Shown: positions 17,682 through 29,278 of the stretch, piece after piece | How positions within the stretch are numbered: position 1 is the stretch's first letter | Layout of the letters: every line of letters starts with the position of its first letter | DNA from: an uncultured delta proteobacterium | GTDB taxonomy: Bacteria > Desulfobacterota > RBG-13-43-22 | Length of the DNA stretch: 64,000 nucleotides | Direction of reading: 5' to 3' | NCBI GenBank assembly: GCA_963790475.1 | Contig: CAWBOS010000010.1 | Coordinates: forward strand, 1,536,001-1,600,000 | The notes under the pieces: generated by a model | Told to the model about the DNA's origin: nothing | Seen by the model: only the letters and a program-made list of their open reading frames with translations | Database searches by the model: none | Program-made: the position numbers and the translations under genes

Positions 17682-20600
17682 ATGATGGAAGAAATTAAGC
17701 CAGGGACTATCCTTAAAGGCCCGAATTGGCCGGAACCGGTCGAGATCAAGCTCTTCGAGGACTTTGGAGAGTATGTCCATATTGTCGGGGCCACGACCCT
17801 TTCCTCAACTTATATAGACCAGATCATCCCGAGAAATGAATTCCCCTTCCCCCCTCCCTCTACCGAACCAGACCTTTTTAACGAAGAACCATGGAAAGTC
17901 TTCTTGGCCCTGGAAGCCCGGCGTTATCGTTTCGCCTCCATCTACGACCCCCTCCTGGCTATGAATACTTCCAAGGTAGATCCCCTCCCGCATCAAATCG
18001 AAGCGGTTTATGGGTACGTCCTTCAACTGCCCCGCATTCGGTTTCTGATTGCAGACGACCCTGGAGCGGGCAAAACGATTATGGCTGGACTGATAATTAA
18101 GGAACTTAAACTCCGTAACCTGATAAGCCGTATCCTGATTATTTCTCCAGGCCACCTCAAAGACCAATGGCGACGAGAACTGGCTGATCGCTTCGAGGAA
18201 AAGTTCATTCCCATCGACCGGGGCCTCTTGGATGCCTTTTACGCTGAAAACGTCTGGTCCCGAGAAAATCAGATCATCGCTTCAATGGATTTTGTCAAAC
18301 AGGAAACCGTCCTCCCTTCCATCATCTCTGCCACCCATTTTGACTTGATCATCATCGACGAAGCACACAAATTGAGTGCCTACCGATATGGGGACAAAAC
18401 CGAGCGGACTGGTCGTTATAAGATGGGAGAGGCCTTGTCCCGTATCACCGAACACCTCCTCTTTTTGACTGCTACCCCCCATAAAGGAGATCCGGAGAAC
18501 TTCCGCCTTTTTCTGGATCTCTTGGAGCCAGGCTTTTTTGCCACCAATGAAATGCTTCAGGAGTCCATCGCCAACAAGGATAATCCCTTGTTTATCCGGC
18601 GAGTCAAAGAAGACTTAAAAGATTTCGAGGGTCGCCCCTTGTTTTTGCCACGCTCGGTTAAAACCATTTCCTTTAACCTTGGCTCGGGATCCCCTGCCGA
18701 AAAAGACCTTTACAATGCCCTTTCTAAGTATGTAAATTTCCAGTACAACAAGGCCCTAAGTAAAGACAAGAAACGCAATATCGCTTTTGCCCTGGTCATC
18801 CTGCAACGCCGCTTGGCCTCCAGCACCTTTGCCCTTTTCCGATCCCTGGAACGCCGAAAAAAACGACTGGAGGAGTTGCTCAAAGGAGTCCAAAACAAAA
18901 ATAAAGTCCAGGAAGAAGGCTTTGATTTCGAAACGGTGGAAGACCTGAGTGAGGAAGAACGCTGGAAGGAAGAAGAGATCTGGGAAACCTTGAGCGTAGC
19001 AGAAAACCGGGAGGAACTGGAAAGGGAAATCAAGACCATTAACGACCTGATGTCCCAGGCCAAGGACATTATCCAGGAGGAGTCTGAGATCAAGCTGCGA
19101 GAGCTTAAAAAGACCCTCCAACAGCTATATCAAATCTACCCCGATCCCAAAGACAAAAAGATCCTCATTTTCACCGAGTCGAGGGACACCCTTGATTATC
19201 TGAACAAAAAGATCAGGGAATGGGGTTACACCTCCAATATGATCCATGGCGGCATGAAATTGGAAGACAGGGTCAAGGCCGAAAGCATTTTCAAAAACGA
19301 AACGGAAATTCTGGTGGCCACCGAGGCTGCTGGTGAGGGCATCAACCTTCAGTTCTGCCACTTAATGATCAATTATGACATCCCCTGGAATCCAAACCGT
19401 CTTGAACAACGAATGGGACGAATACATCGCTATGGTCAACAAAAGGAGGTATCGGTTTTTAACCTGGTAGCCGAAGATACTCGGGAAGGTAAGGTCCTCC
19501 ACTGCCTTTTCGAAAAACTGGATGAAATCAGGAAGGCTATGGGCAGCGATAAAGTTTTTGATGTCCTGAGCGAGGTCCTCTACGACAAGAGTCTCTCCCA
19601 GCTTCTCATGGAGGCCGCCGCCAATGCCCGCAACATAGATGAAATCCTGAAAGACATGGATATAGAAGTCGATGAAAGTTATATCGCCAGAGTGAAGGAA
19701 AACCTGGGTGAGACCCTCGCCACTCATTATATAGATTACACCAGGATCAAGGAAATGGCCGAACAAGCCCGAGAGTATCGCCTGATCCCGGAATATACCG
19801 AAGCCTTCTTTAAAAAAGCCTATATCAAAGCCGGGGGTAAAATCAAAGAGGTGAAGCCGAATTTCCTGTCAATCGAGGCCGTTCCTCCCGATCTCCGCCG
19901 GATTGCTGAACAGGAAAAGTTCAAAAAGTTTCATGGTGACTTGATCCGCAGGTATCCCAAGGCCACCTTCGATAAGGAGCAGGCCTTCAGGAACCCCGAT
20001 CTGGAATTCATATCTTTTGGCCATCCCTTGTTTGAAGCGGTTCTCTCCTGGATCGAGATCAGCTTCTCTGATGCCCTATTTAAAGGAGCGTTATTTACCG
20101 ATCCCGAGGGCCGGATGAACGGTTATCTGCTTTTCTACGAGGGAGAAATTAAAGACGGAACTGGGCACGTAGCCGGGAAAAGGCTTTTTGCTTTTTATAT
20201 GGAATCCGGAGGGGTCCGACCGGTTTCCCCGGCCATCATTTGGGACTTGGCCGAAGGCGGAATCACCTCAGGGAAGACCGAAAATTTAGAAAGCCTGAAA
20301 AAAAATGTCACTCCCCAGGCCATCCAGAAACTTAAGGAATACCGGGAGGAGTTGCTGAAGGAAAGGGAACGACAGGCCAACATAAAACAAAAATACGGTA
20401 TCAGATCCCTGGAATATCTGATTGTCCGACTGGATGGAGAACTAATCCAACTTTACGACCGAAAAAATCTGGGGGAACCTGTTGAACTTCCCATTCACAA
20501 CAAGGAAGAACGGAAGGCAAAATATGAAAAGGCCCTGGAGGAACTAAGGGAAAATATCGAAAAAGAACGCAGCCTGACCATGACCATGCCCCGGTTTATC

Positions 20601-21038
20601 GGAATGATCCGGGTTGTCCCCAGTGACAGGGTCGAAGAGGCAATGAAGTCCGATCCGGAGATTGAGCGGATCGGGATGGAAACGGCCATGGAGTATGAAA
20701 AAGATCAAGGTAGGGAACCCCAGGACGTATCCGCTGAAAATCTTGGTTTTGATATCAGGTCCTTCGGGCTCGGACAAAAAACCCGTTATATTGAGGTGAA
20801 GGCCAGGTCGTATTTAGGACCTGTAGCCTTGACCCCTAATGAATGGTTTAAGGCCAGACGCTTCGGGGAGGATTATTACCTGTATGCCGTGATGAATGCC
20901 GCACCCAACCCAGAGCTTTATATCATCCCTAACCCGGCCCTCACCCTCCAAGCGGAGGAAAGAATCGAAGTGGTTCGTTACATCATTCCTTTTAATGAAT
21001 TAATAGAAAAAGGACACAAATTAAATATTGAAAGCTAA
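17682..21038 (+). CDS. SNF2-family helicase with C-terminal DUF3883 nuclease domain
   Basis: LIADDPGAGKT, IIDEAH, LTATP and QRMGRIHRYGQ; C-terminal GFDIRS..YIEVKAR. Confidence 0.92.
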   Translation: MMEEIKPGTILKGPNWPEPVEIKLFEDFGEYVHIVGATTLSSTYIDQIIPRNEFPFPPPSTEPDLFNEEPWKVFLALEARRYRFASIYDPLLAMNTSKVDPLPHQIEAVYGYVLQLPRIRFLIADDPGAGKTIMAGLIIKELKLRNLISRILIISPGHLKDQWRRELADRFEEKFIPIDRGLLDAFYAENVWSRENQIIASMDFVKQETVLPSIISATHFDLIIIDEAHKLSAYRYGDKTERTGRYKMGEALSRITEHLLFLTATPHKGDPENFRLFLDLLEPGFFATNEMLQESIANKDNPLFIRRVKEDLKDFEGRPLFLPRSVKTISFNLGSGSPAEKDLYNALSKYVNFQYNKALSKDKKRNIAFALVILQRRLASSTFALFRSLERRKKRLEELLKGVQNKNKVQEEGFDFETVEDLSEEERWKEEEIWETLSVAENREELEREIKTINDLMSQAKDIIQEESEIKLRELKKTLQQLYQIYPDPKDKKILIFTESRDTLDYLNKKIREWGYTSNMIHGGMKLEDRVKAESIFKNETEILVATEAAGEGINLQFCHLMINYDIPWNPNRLEQRMGRIHRYGQQKEVSVFNLVAEDTREGKVLHCLFEKLDEIRKAMGSDKVFDVLSEVLYDKSLSQLLMEAAANARNIDEILKDMDIEVDESYIARVKENLGETLATHYIDYTRIKEMAEQAREYRLIPEYTEAFFKKAYIKAGGKIKEVKPNFLSIEAVPPDLRRIAEQEKFKKFHGDLIRRYPKATFDKEQAFRNPDLEFISFGHPLFEAVLSWIEISFSDALFKGALFTDPEGRMNGYLLFYEGEIKDGTGHVAGKRLFAFYMESGGVRPVSPAIIWDLAEGGITSGKTENLESLKKNVTPQAIQKLKEYREELLKERERQANIKQKYGIRSLEYLIVRLDGELIQLYDRKNLGEPVELPIHNKEERKAKYEKALEELRENIEKERSLTMTMPRFIGMIRVVPSDRVEEAMKSDPEIERIGMETAMEYEKDQGREPQDVSAENLGFDIRSFGLGQKTRYIEVKARSYLGPVALTPNEWFKARRFGEDYYLYAVMNAAPNPELYIIPNPALTLQAEERIEVVRYIIPFNELIEKGHKLNIES

Positions 21039-22134
21039 CTTGGATATGATCGAAAAAAGAGTTTTTATCTTAGGGGCGGGTAGTTCGATTGCGATAAGTG
21101 GAGGAAATTTTCCAACGGTAAACGACTTTTTTATTTCAGCACAACATTTGGGATTAACCAAGAGCCCCGAATTTGAAGAAATTAAGAAATTCTTTCTAAA
21201 ATCTCTTGGGTTAAATTTATCCGGAAGGATAAACATTGAAGATTTGTTCACTCATATTGAGATAGAACTTGAACGTTTCGACTCTCCAGAAATTAATAAA
21301 ATCCGCATACAGTTGCTCAAACTCATAAGAGAAATCCTTATCGGATTAGAGAAAGAAATAAAGAATAATCTCAAACTGGATGAGGTTCTTAATCAAAAAT
21401 GGAAAATCCGGGAGACCGATACACTTATTACTTTTAATTGGGATCTACTTCTTGATGATATGTTCGAACGGAAAAATATTTTGAATGATCATCGAAAGAA
21501 TTACCATGTTGGATATTCCCTTCCTCAATACAGGAATTTTATAAAAAATTTATCCGTACACAGCGAATTTAGTATAGATCATATGTCAATTAGCGATCCA
21601 TATATTAAATGGGATTCAAGTAATGGATATATCTTAAAATTGCATGGATTTGTTGATTGGTTCCATTGCATAAATGAAAAATGCCGAGGATGGCAAAAAG
21701 TTTTTCCTTTATCCAAACCCCTCCAGACTCATAATTGTTCCGAATGTCATGAACCTTTGGAGAATCTCCTTATTCCCCCTATTCTTAATAAAACCTATCG
21801 ACAATATTCTTTTATACGAAGGATATGGAATTTAGCAGCTCAAGAGGTCCGATCCGCCACCGAAATTATTGTTTGGGGTTATAGCCTTCCTCCCACGGAT
21901 TTCTATAGCAAATGGCTTCTTAGACAAGCCCGAACAAATTTATTAAAAAAAATGGTAATAATAAATCCATATCTCCTATTGGGTAAAAAAGATAAAAAGA
22001 TAAGAAAATCCTTTTTAAAAAATTTTTCAGAAATATTTAATGGAATCGAAAACCTTGAAATTACATTATATGAGTTCTTTGATGATTATTGCAAGGGGTT
22101 AGATATAAAGAAAAAGTATAAACTTTCTATTTAA
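21028..22134 (+). CDS. SIR2-like protein
   Basis: VFILGAGSS, ITFNWDLLLD, LKLHG, two Cys pairs and WGYSLPPTD; AT-rich relative to its flanks. Confidence 0.85.
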   Translation: MKANLDMIEKRVFILGAGSSIAISGGNFPTVNDFFISAQHLGLTKSPEFEEIKKFFLKSLGLNLSGRINIEDLFTHIEIELERFDSPEINKIRIQLLKLIREILIGLEKEIKNNLKLDEVLNQKWKIRETDTLITFNWDLLLDDMFERKNILNDHRKNYHVGYSLPQYRNFIKNLSVHSEFSIDHMSISDPYIKWDSSNGYILKLHGFVDWFHCINEKCRGWQKVFPLSKPLQTHNCSECHEPLENLLIPPILNKTYRQYSFIRRIWNLAAQEVRSATEIIVWGYSLPPTDFYSKWLLRQARTNLLKKMVIINPYLLLGKKDKKIRKSFLKNFSEIFNGIENLEITLYEFFDDYCKGLDIKKKYKLSI

Positions 22135-22150
22135 ATTATTATAGAAGAAA

Positions 22151-24909
22151 ATGGATAAACGCTTTATCGAAGAAAGCTTTCCCGTAAAAGAGGTCAGTGT
22201 CGAGTCGGCCAAGGAGAAAAATATCCGCCATGGCCATATTTCCACCCTGCATATCTGGTGGGCCAGGCGTCCTTTGGCTTCCTCACGGCCACCAACTATG
22301 CGGCTTTGATACCTCCTGCCAAAACCCCCGAAGAATGGAACCAGCAGCGGAACTTCATCATTGAATTTTCAAAATGGGAGAATTCCTTGAACGGGCAAAT
22401 GATCCAAAAGGCTCGTGAGGACATCCTAAAGGCCAATGGGGGAAAGCCCCCGAAAGTCCTGGACCCTTTTGGCGGTGGAGGTGCTATTCCTTTGGAAGCC
22501 CTTCGTCTCGGATGCGAAGTTTATTCGAACGACTACAACCCAGTGGCTGTATTGATTCAGAAATGTACGCTTGAGTATCCCCAGAAATATGGGCAAATGA
22601 CCGGCAAAGGTTCCACCTCACCTTCAAAGAATCCAAAACAGATGACAATGCTGATGGACGAGCAGATGGAATCTGGCAGAAAATGTAACCTTCTGGATGA
22701 TGTCAAAAAGTGGGGGACCTGGGTCCTGGAGGAAACCAGAAAGGAAATCGGTAAGTATTACCCCCCCGACCCTGATGGATCGATCCCAGTTGGCTATATC
22801 TGGGCCAAGACCATACCTTGTCAAAACCCGGCCTGTAGGGCTGAAATCCCGCTGTTACGCCATCTCTGGTTGGCCAAGAAGGCTAATAACAAGGTGGCCC
22901 TATATCCCTACCCCGATGGGAAAGAAGTAAAGTTAAAAATTGTGGGGTCAGGGTATGAAAAAATGCCTCAAGGATTTAATCCTGATGACGGGACTACGGC
23001 CAAGGCTATAGTGACCTGCCCCGTCTGTGGATCATCGGTGGAGGCCAATAATACACGACGACTTTTTCAGGAAGGGAAAGCTGGACAACGACTGGTAGCA
23101 GTAGTCCTGCATAAATCGGGAGTGAGCGGGAAACGATATCGCTTGGCTACAGGAAAAGACCAGGAGATTTTTAACCAATCCGCCGTCAACTTGGAAGAAA
23201 AACGTCAAACCCTTATGAAGGAATGGGGTCTGGACCCAGTGCCGGATGAAGAGATACCTACAACTCCTTCAAATACAATGGGAGGAACAAATCGTGTTTT
23301 AAACTATAAAATAAAAACTTGGGGGGATCTTTTCAACTCACGACAAAAACTCGCCCTTATTACATTCGTTGACCAGGTTCGTCAAAGCTGGGAGAAAATA
23401 AAAGAAGAGACGAAGGATGAGGATTATGCCAAGGCAGTTGTTAGTTACTTATCTCTTAGTGTTAACAAAATCGTTGACTCATGTAGCTCATTATGTAGGT
23501 GGAAACCTGATACAGTTCAAGTAATACCCGGATTAAGTGGCAGACAAGCAATCTCCATGATTTGGGATTATTTTGAACTAAACCCAATATCGGGAATAAG
23601 TAGAAGCTGGGATAAGACTTTAGATGAATTGATGACAAGCTTTAAAATTCTTAATGGCCTTGAGAAGTTTGCCATCGTATCACAATCTTCGGCCACTAAC
23701 CTTCTGCACACCGATAATTTCTTTGATGCTGTTTTTACAGATCCGCCTTATTATGACAATGTCCCATACTCTTATCTCTCCGATTTCTTCTATGTCTGGT
23801 TGAAACGTTCACTGGGGTCCGTTTACCCAGAATTATTCTCAACTCCACTGGTTCCCAAAAAACAGGAGATCGTAGCCTACTCCAACGGCCCCGGAGGAAG
23901 GGAAGACGGCAAAGCCTTTTTTGAAGAGATGCTAAAAAAATCTTTCCAGGAAATCCATAGAACTTTGAAACCGAAAGGAATTGCAGTAATCGTTTATGCT
24001 CATAAATCAACTAAAGGCTGGGAGAGTTTGATCAACTCTTTGCTCGACTCGGGCTTGGTCATAACCGGTGCTTGGCCAATTCGTACCGAAATGCAGGCTC
24101 GAATGAACGCCCAGGAAACTGCCTCACTGGCATCTTCAATATATATAATCGCTCGAAAAATGAAACGTGAAGCCACAGGGTTTTACAATAAAGTAAAAGA
24201 AGACCTTCAGGTCCATCTGAAGACCAAGCTGGATCGTCTCTGGCAGGAAGGTATCGGTGGAGCGGATTTTTTTATTTCTGCCATTGGATCAGCTATAGAA
24301 ATATTTGGTAAATATGAAAAGATCATGGACTACGAAGGGAATCTGATCCGGGCCGACCGTCTGCTGGAGGACATCCGGGGGATCACCACCGATTACGCTG
24401 TCCGCCAGATCCTCCACAATGGTTTTGCCGAAGAGATTACCGACCTCACCCGGTTTTACGTTCTGTACCGCTGGAATTATGGCAAGGCCAAAATACTTTT
24501 CGACGAGGCCCAGAAATTGGCCAAGGGTTGTAGTATGGACCTATCAAAAGAATGGGGCCGCCATGGCTTCATTAAGAAAGAGAAAGAATTCATTCATATC
24601 CTTGGTCCCGAAGAACGGAAATTGGAAGACTTTAAAAATTCCAGGGAGTTAATCGACGTGCTACACCATGTCCTTTTACTTTGGGAGAACAGCAAGCGAG
24701 ATAACCTAATCACTGTTTTAAAAGAAACCGGGTTCGGAAATCGAGAAGCTTTCTATCGGGTGGCACAAGCCGTATCGGAGACCTTGCCCTTGGAGAGTAA
24801 GGAGAAAAAACTCCTGGATGGGTTTCTTGCTGGTCGGGAAAAGGTTCAAGAGGCGGTAAGGGATATATCAATAATTAGAGAAGAACAGAAAGGGTTTAAA
24901 TTCGAATGA
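22151..24909 (+). pseudogene. DUF1156 adenine DNA methyltransferase with a 1-nt frameshift near 22288
   Basis: ATG 22151 gives MDKRFIEESFP...HIWWARRPLASSR; the frame then shifts to ATNYAALIP...VLDPFGGGG...TDPPYYD. Confidence 0.88.
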
Positions 24910-27452
24910 AACCATTTCATGCCATAGCCATTCCAGATAAGGACATTCTGGAAGGTCGTTTGACCATGGATGTTTTTGCAGCCGATCTTTGGGAAACGTA
25001 TCAGGGCCGAGGCCACAAAGAATACAGGGATGCAGACCTCTTCTTCCGAAGAACCTATCTGACTCAAGGCCTCCAGAATTTGTTGTCTATCGTAGAAAAA
25101 AGGTTGGCTGGAAGAGGGGGAGATCCGTTTATTCGAATCCAGACCCCATTTGGAGGAGGGAAAACCCATACCTTGATTGCTTTGTTCCATAAAACCCAAG
25201 TCTGGAAAGCAAAAAAGGTAGTGGTCTCCGGTACAGCCCTGAACCCCAAGGAAACCTTGTGGGGGCTGATGGAGAAGCAGTTGACCGGGCGAATACAAAA
25301 ATTTTCCGACCCGGTCTCTCCAGGGAAAGAGGCCATCAGAGAACTGCTTGTTTCTCGGCAGCCTGTTCTGATTCTGATGGACGAAGTCCTCGAATATGTG
25401 ACCAAGGCCTCCGGGGTTAAGGTTGAAGAAAGCACCCTGGCCGCCCAAACGATAGCCTTTATCCAGGAACTGACCGAGACCGTCAGCACCCTGGATAAGA
25501 CCTGCCTGGTGGTCACTCTGCCTTCGAGTGTGATCGAGCATTACGACGATAGGGCCGACAAGCTTTTCCAACAACTGCAAAAGGTTTCCGGGCGAACGGA
25601 AAAGATTTACACCCCTGTCCAGGATGAGGAAATTACCCGGATCATAGGAAGGAGGATTTTCAGCCGGATTGACGAAGAAGAAGCAAAGAAGGTCGTGTTG
25701 GAATTCCTGGACTATGCGGAACGGGAAAGTCTTCTTCCACCGGGAGTACAGCCCAGTGAATACCGGGCTCAATTCATGGCCTCTTATCCCTTCTTGCCGG
25801 AAGTGATTGATGTCCTTTATCATCGGTGGGGAAGCTTTCCGACCTTTCAAAGGACCCGTGGGGTGCTCCGGCTCCTATCCCTGGTGATCCACAGCTTAAA
25901 GGAGAGCAACCAGCCTTACATCACCTTGGCCGATTTTGATCTGGCCAGACAGGAAATTAGGCAAGAACTGGTCAAGCATATCGGGATGCATTACAACGGG
26001 ATTATCGATGCGGATATCACCGGGGAAAAATCCAATGCCCGGAAGGTTAATTCGGCTCTCGGTAAGGCCTACCAGGGACTTAACCTGGGTTGCAGGGCGG
26101 CCACGACCATCTTTATGCATTCCTTCTCCGGCGGCCAGGACCATGGCCTCAACATGGTGGAAATAAAAAGGCAAGCGACTACTATGGAGAATCCTTCCAG
26201 TGTGGTGGCCGAAGCCGCGGACCAGTTAACCGGGAAGCTTTTCTACCTTCAAAGCTTCGGGGACAAGTATTATTTCAGTAATCAGCCCAACCTGAACAGT
26301 ATCCGCCTGGCCAAGATGGAAAACATCAAAAACCCGGAAATACAGACAGTGGAAAAAGATCTCCTCAAGTCGAACCTGGCCGGGGGCAAACTTAAGACCT
26401 TTATCTGGGAAGAGACTCCTGGCAACATCGCCGATACGGAAGACCTAAAGCTGGTAGTCATAAAAAATGGGACCCTTGAGGTCATAGACAGCATTCTTAA
26501 AACAAAAGGCCAAACTCCCCGAGTTTTCCGAAATACCATTTTCTTTCTTTATCCCCACGAAATGGAACGTCCACATTTTGAACAGACGGTTAGGCAGAAA
26601 CTGGCCTGCGAGGCCATTGAAGAGGACAAGACCCTGAACCTATCCGAGGATCAGCGTAAAAAGAACCGCCAGGAATTGAAGAAGTCCGAGGATAACCTTA
26701 AGGAAGCCATCCGACGGTTATACCGGACGATTGCTGTTCCCGTAAAAGACGGGACTAATGAAATTGATTTGGGAATACCTACGTTCGGGGAGGTCAAAGC
26801 CCTGGACCAGGAGATTTACGAAAAGCTTAGGACTGGGGGAGAGATCCTGGAGAAGGTTGCTCCCCTGGTTCTAAAGGAAAAATTTCTGGCAAATAGGGAC
26901 TATGTATTGACCGATCAGGTTTACCAGTCATCTATGAAGACCCCTGGAGAAACCCGCTTTTTCAATCGAGCTGTCCTGGAGCAAGGGATATCCGAAGGGG
27001 TCCGGAGCGGACTCTTCGGGTTGGGGGAACTGGAGGAGAACAGACCCGTTTGCCGTTTCTTCAAAGATAAAGAATTGCCTTCGGTTGCCCTGAGCGGGAA
27101 AGAAATCATGATCACCGAAGCGATCTGCCGGGAGCAGCAGAAAAAAGAGGAGGAACAAAAACTTTCTGTTCCCTACCCAGGTCCTGGAGGGAAGCCGGAG
27201 CCTCCCAAAGAAGCCGACTCCAAAAAAACGCTCCCCAGAGGACAGGTAATAAATAAAGTCGGAATAAAATTCGAACTCCCCAAGGGAAAAGTTTCCAACA
27301 TCATGGGGACCCTGAACTATTTACAAAGTAAATTTAATAAATTGGAAATCACCATAAAAGCCGAGGATGGCCAACTTACCGAGCAGGAATACGAAGACAA
27401 GATCGAGGAGGCCTTTACCCAATCGGGGATTGATGTAGAAGATATTGATTAG
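24906..27452 (+). CDS. DUF499 family AAA+ ATPase
   Basis: FAADLW, QTPFGGGKTH, LILMDE, SYPFLPE and FQRTRGVLRLL; ATGA overlap with the methylase. Confidence 0.9.
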   Translation: MKPFHAIAIPDKDILEGRLTMDVFAADLWETYQGRGHKEYRDADLFFRRTYLTQGLQNLLSIVEKRLAGRGGDPFIRIQTPFGGGKTHTLIALFHKTQVWKAKKVVVSGTALNPKETLWGLMEKQLTGRIQKFSDPVSPGKEAIRELLVSRQPVLILMDEVLEYVTKASGVKVEESTLAAQTIAFIQELTETVSTLDKTCLVVTLPSSVIEHYDDRADKLFQQLQKVSGRTEKIYTPVQDEEITRIIGRRIFSRIDEEEAKKVVLEFLDYAERESLLPPGVQPSEYRAQFMASYPFLPEVIDVLYHRWGSFPTFQRTRGVLRLLSLVIHSLKESNQPYITLADFDLARQEIRQELVKHIGMHYNGIIDADITGEKSNARKVNSALGKAYQGLNLGCRAATTIFMHSFSGGQDHGLNMVEIKRQATTMENPSSVVAEAADQLTGKLFYLQSFGDKYYFSNQPNLNSIRLAKMENIKNPEIQTVEKDLLKSNLAGGKLKTFIWEETPGNIADTEDLKLVVIKNGTLEVIDSILKTKGQTPRVFRNTIFFLYPHEMERPHFEQTVRQKLACEAIEEDKTLNLSEDQRKKNRQELKKSEDNLKEAIRRLYRTIAVPVKDGTNEIDLGIPTFGEVKALDQEIYEKLRTGGEILEKVAPLVLKEKFLANRDYVLTDQVYQSSMKTPGETRFFNRAVLEQGISEGVRSGLFGLGELEENRPVCRFFKDKELPSVALSGKEIMITEAICREQQKKEEEQKLSVPYPGPGGKPEPPKEADSKKTLPRGQVINKVGIKFELPKGKVSNIMGTLNYLQSKFNKLEITIKAEDGQLTEQEYEDKIEEAFTQSGIDVEDID

Positions 27453-27517
27453 TCAACCTTTTCCCCACGTAGTTATATTTTTGAGGGACTTTTAATACCT
27501 TGATGAAGTCTTAAATC

Positions 27518-28432
27518 ATGACCGATTTGATTGAGCCCAAAGGCGATTACTGCATCGAAGTTCAATTTGAAAAAGGCACCGACCGCCCGGCAAGGGTCTT
27601 CCAGGCGATGTCGCAACTGATTGAGTCATTTCAAGCAGTAGATGGTGATCTTGCCAAATCAGTGGCAGCCAATATCGAGGCTGTCGTTGTCCTACAGGAA
27701 GTCGAAGCGGGCTCAATCCGAGCTTGGCTTGCAACAATCCTCAATTCAGTTGATGACGATGCTCTCAAGAACCTTGACTGGAAAAAGTGGGTGGGATCAT
27801 ACCTTTTAAAGGGAAAACGCAAGGTTGTTGAATTCCTCGAAGGCAAAGATCAAATCGAAAATCAAGCACAGCTCCGTGGCTTAGAAAATGGCCTCCTCAC
27901 GCTCGCCATGGAAACGCAAGTCCGACAGATTCCGGCCTACTCGCCAGTGCCATCACGACGCTTATTGGCAGACCTAAACTCCATAGGACAAGCACTTTCC
28001 CAGTTGTCGTCGAGCGACTCAGCAGCGATCATTATGCAAACTGACCGCTTCCCATTTAATCTCTCCTTCCGGGTGCCAGAGGCAACAATTGAAGAACTTC
28101 TAACCAATGAATCCCTTCATGGCGAAGTTGAGATGATCCTGAAAGTTAAAAAACCAGACTTTTTAGGCAGTTCCATGTGGGAATTTCGCCATGAGAAACG
28201 GGTCATTGAGGCTAAGGTTGTTGATAAGATCTGGCTTCAAAAATTTCAGAGTCGTGAAGTTCTTGTCAGGCCAGGCGACTCAATTCACGCCCGTGTTTCA
28301 ACAACAGTGTTTTACGATCAATACGGTGAAGTTGTATCTCAACGTTTCGATGTGACTGAGGTCATAAAGATAATACCTCTTCCCCCATGGGATCAGAATA
28401 CGCAGTTACCCCTTAATCTTAGCGAAACATAG
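27518..28432 (+). CDS. Hypothetical protein, possible C-terminal OB-like domain
   Basis: 304-aa ORF; VEAGSI and KPDFLGSSMWEF...PGD motifs. Confidence 0.7.
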   Translation: MTDLIEPKGDYCIEVQFEKGTDRPARVFQAMSQLIESFQAVDGDLAKSVAANIEAVVVLQEVEAGSIRAWLATILNSVDDDALKNLDWKKWVGSYLLKGKRKVVEFLEGKDQIENQAQLRGLENGLLTLAMETQVRQIPAYSPVPSRRLLADLNSIGQALSQLSSSDSAAIIMQTDRFPFNLSFRVPEATIEELLTNESLHGEVEMILKVKKPDFLGSSMWEFRHEKRVIEAKVVDKIWLQKFQSREVLVRPGDSIHARVSTTVFYDQYGEVVSQRFDVTEVIKIIPLPPWDQNTQLPLNLSET

Positions 28433-28469
28433 ATAATTCTATTCTTTTCATGTATGTGGGTCTGAAAAC

Positions 28470-29184
28470 ATGAGAATGACCCCGGAGATTGCTGAGATCC
28501 TCAAGTTCTACGTGTACCTATATACTGACCCACGTGACGGCCGACCATTCTATCTCGGCAAAGGGCCAGGGCAACCGACTATTCTCCCATCTTGAAGACA
28601 CATCGGAGACAGAGAAGACAGAAATAATCTCGGCTATACGAAAATCGGGGCAGGAACCGCAAATTGATATAATTCGATATGGCCTAACTGATCCAGAGGC
28701 GAAGCTGGTCGAAGCATCCGCCATTGATCTTATCGGGCTATCGCACCTCTCAAACAAGGTCGCCGGTCATCACGAGAAATCATTTGGACGGATTGGGTCA
28801 AGGGAGATCATCGCAATGCTGAGTGCTAAGCCGGTACGTGTACGTCACAAGTCTATTCTTATCACGATCAACAAGCTTTATAGAAGCGACATGACGGCCT
28901 TAGAATTGTACGAGGCAACCCGAGGCATTTGGGTCGTTGGACCTCGGCGTGAGAATGCTGATTATGGGATGGCGGTCTACCAAGGTATTGTCAGAGAAGT
29001 TTACAAGATACAAAAATGGCATCCAGCGGGAACGCTCAAATACCAAACTCGCGACTCGAAAGGATTCAAGTCGAGCGGGCGATGGGAATTTGAGGGAATT
29101 GTGGCAACTGAAATCCGAGACGAATACGTGGGATACTCTGTAGGCATGGGTGGTCGAAATCCAATCCGGTACAAGAACATATGA
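28470..29184 (+). pseudogene. GIY-YIG (LEM-3-like) nuclease with +1 frameshift near 28560
   Basis: ATG 28470 gives MRMTPEIAEILKFYVYLYTDPRDGRPFYLGK, which continues as GQGNRLFSH in another frame. Confidence 0.8.
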
Positions 29185-29278
29185 AAAGGTAACCATCGTC
29201 TAATCCGTGGGGGCTCACCGACGGTGGGTTCGCCGCTTGGTGAGGCATAGGGTTTTGTGGGAAGATAGGGGCAATAGC

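Noticed and set aside
24846-25850. Long minus-strand ORF, and similar antisense ORFs over the helicase, recD2 and kinase
   Set aside because: These are shadows of well-supported genes on the opposite strand.
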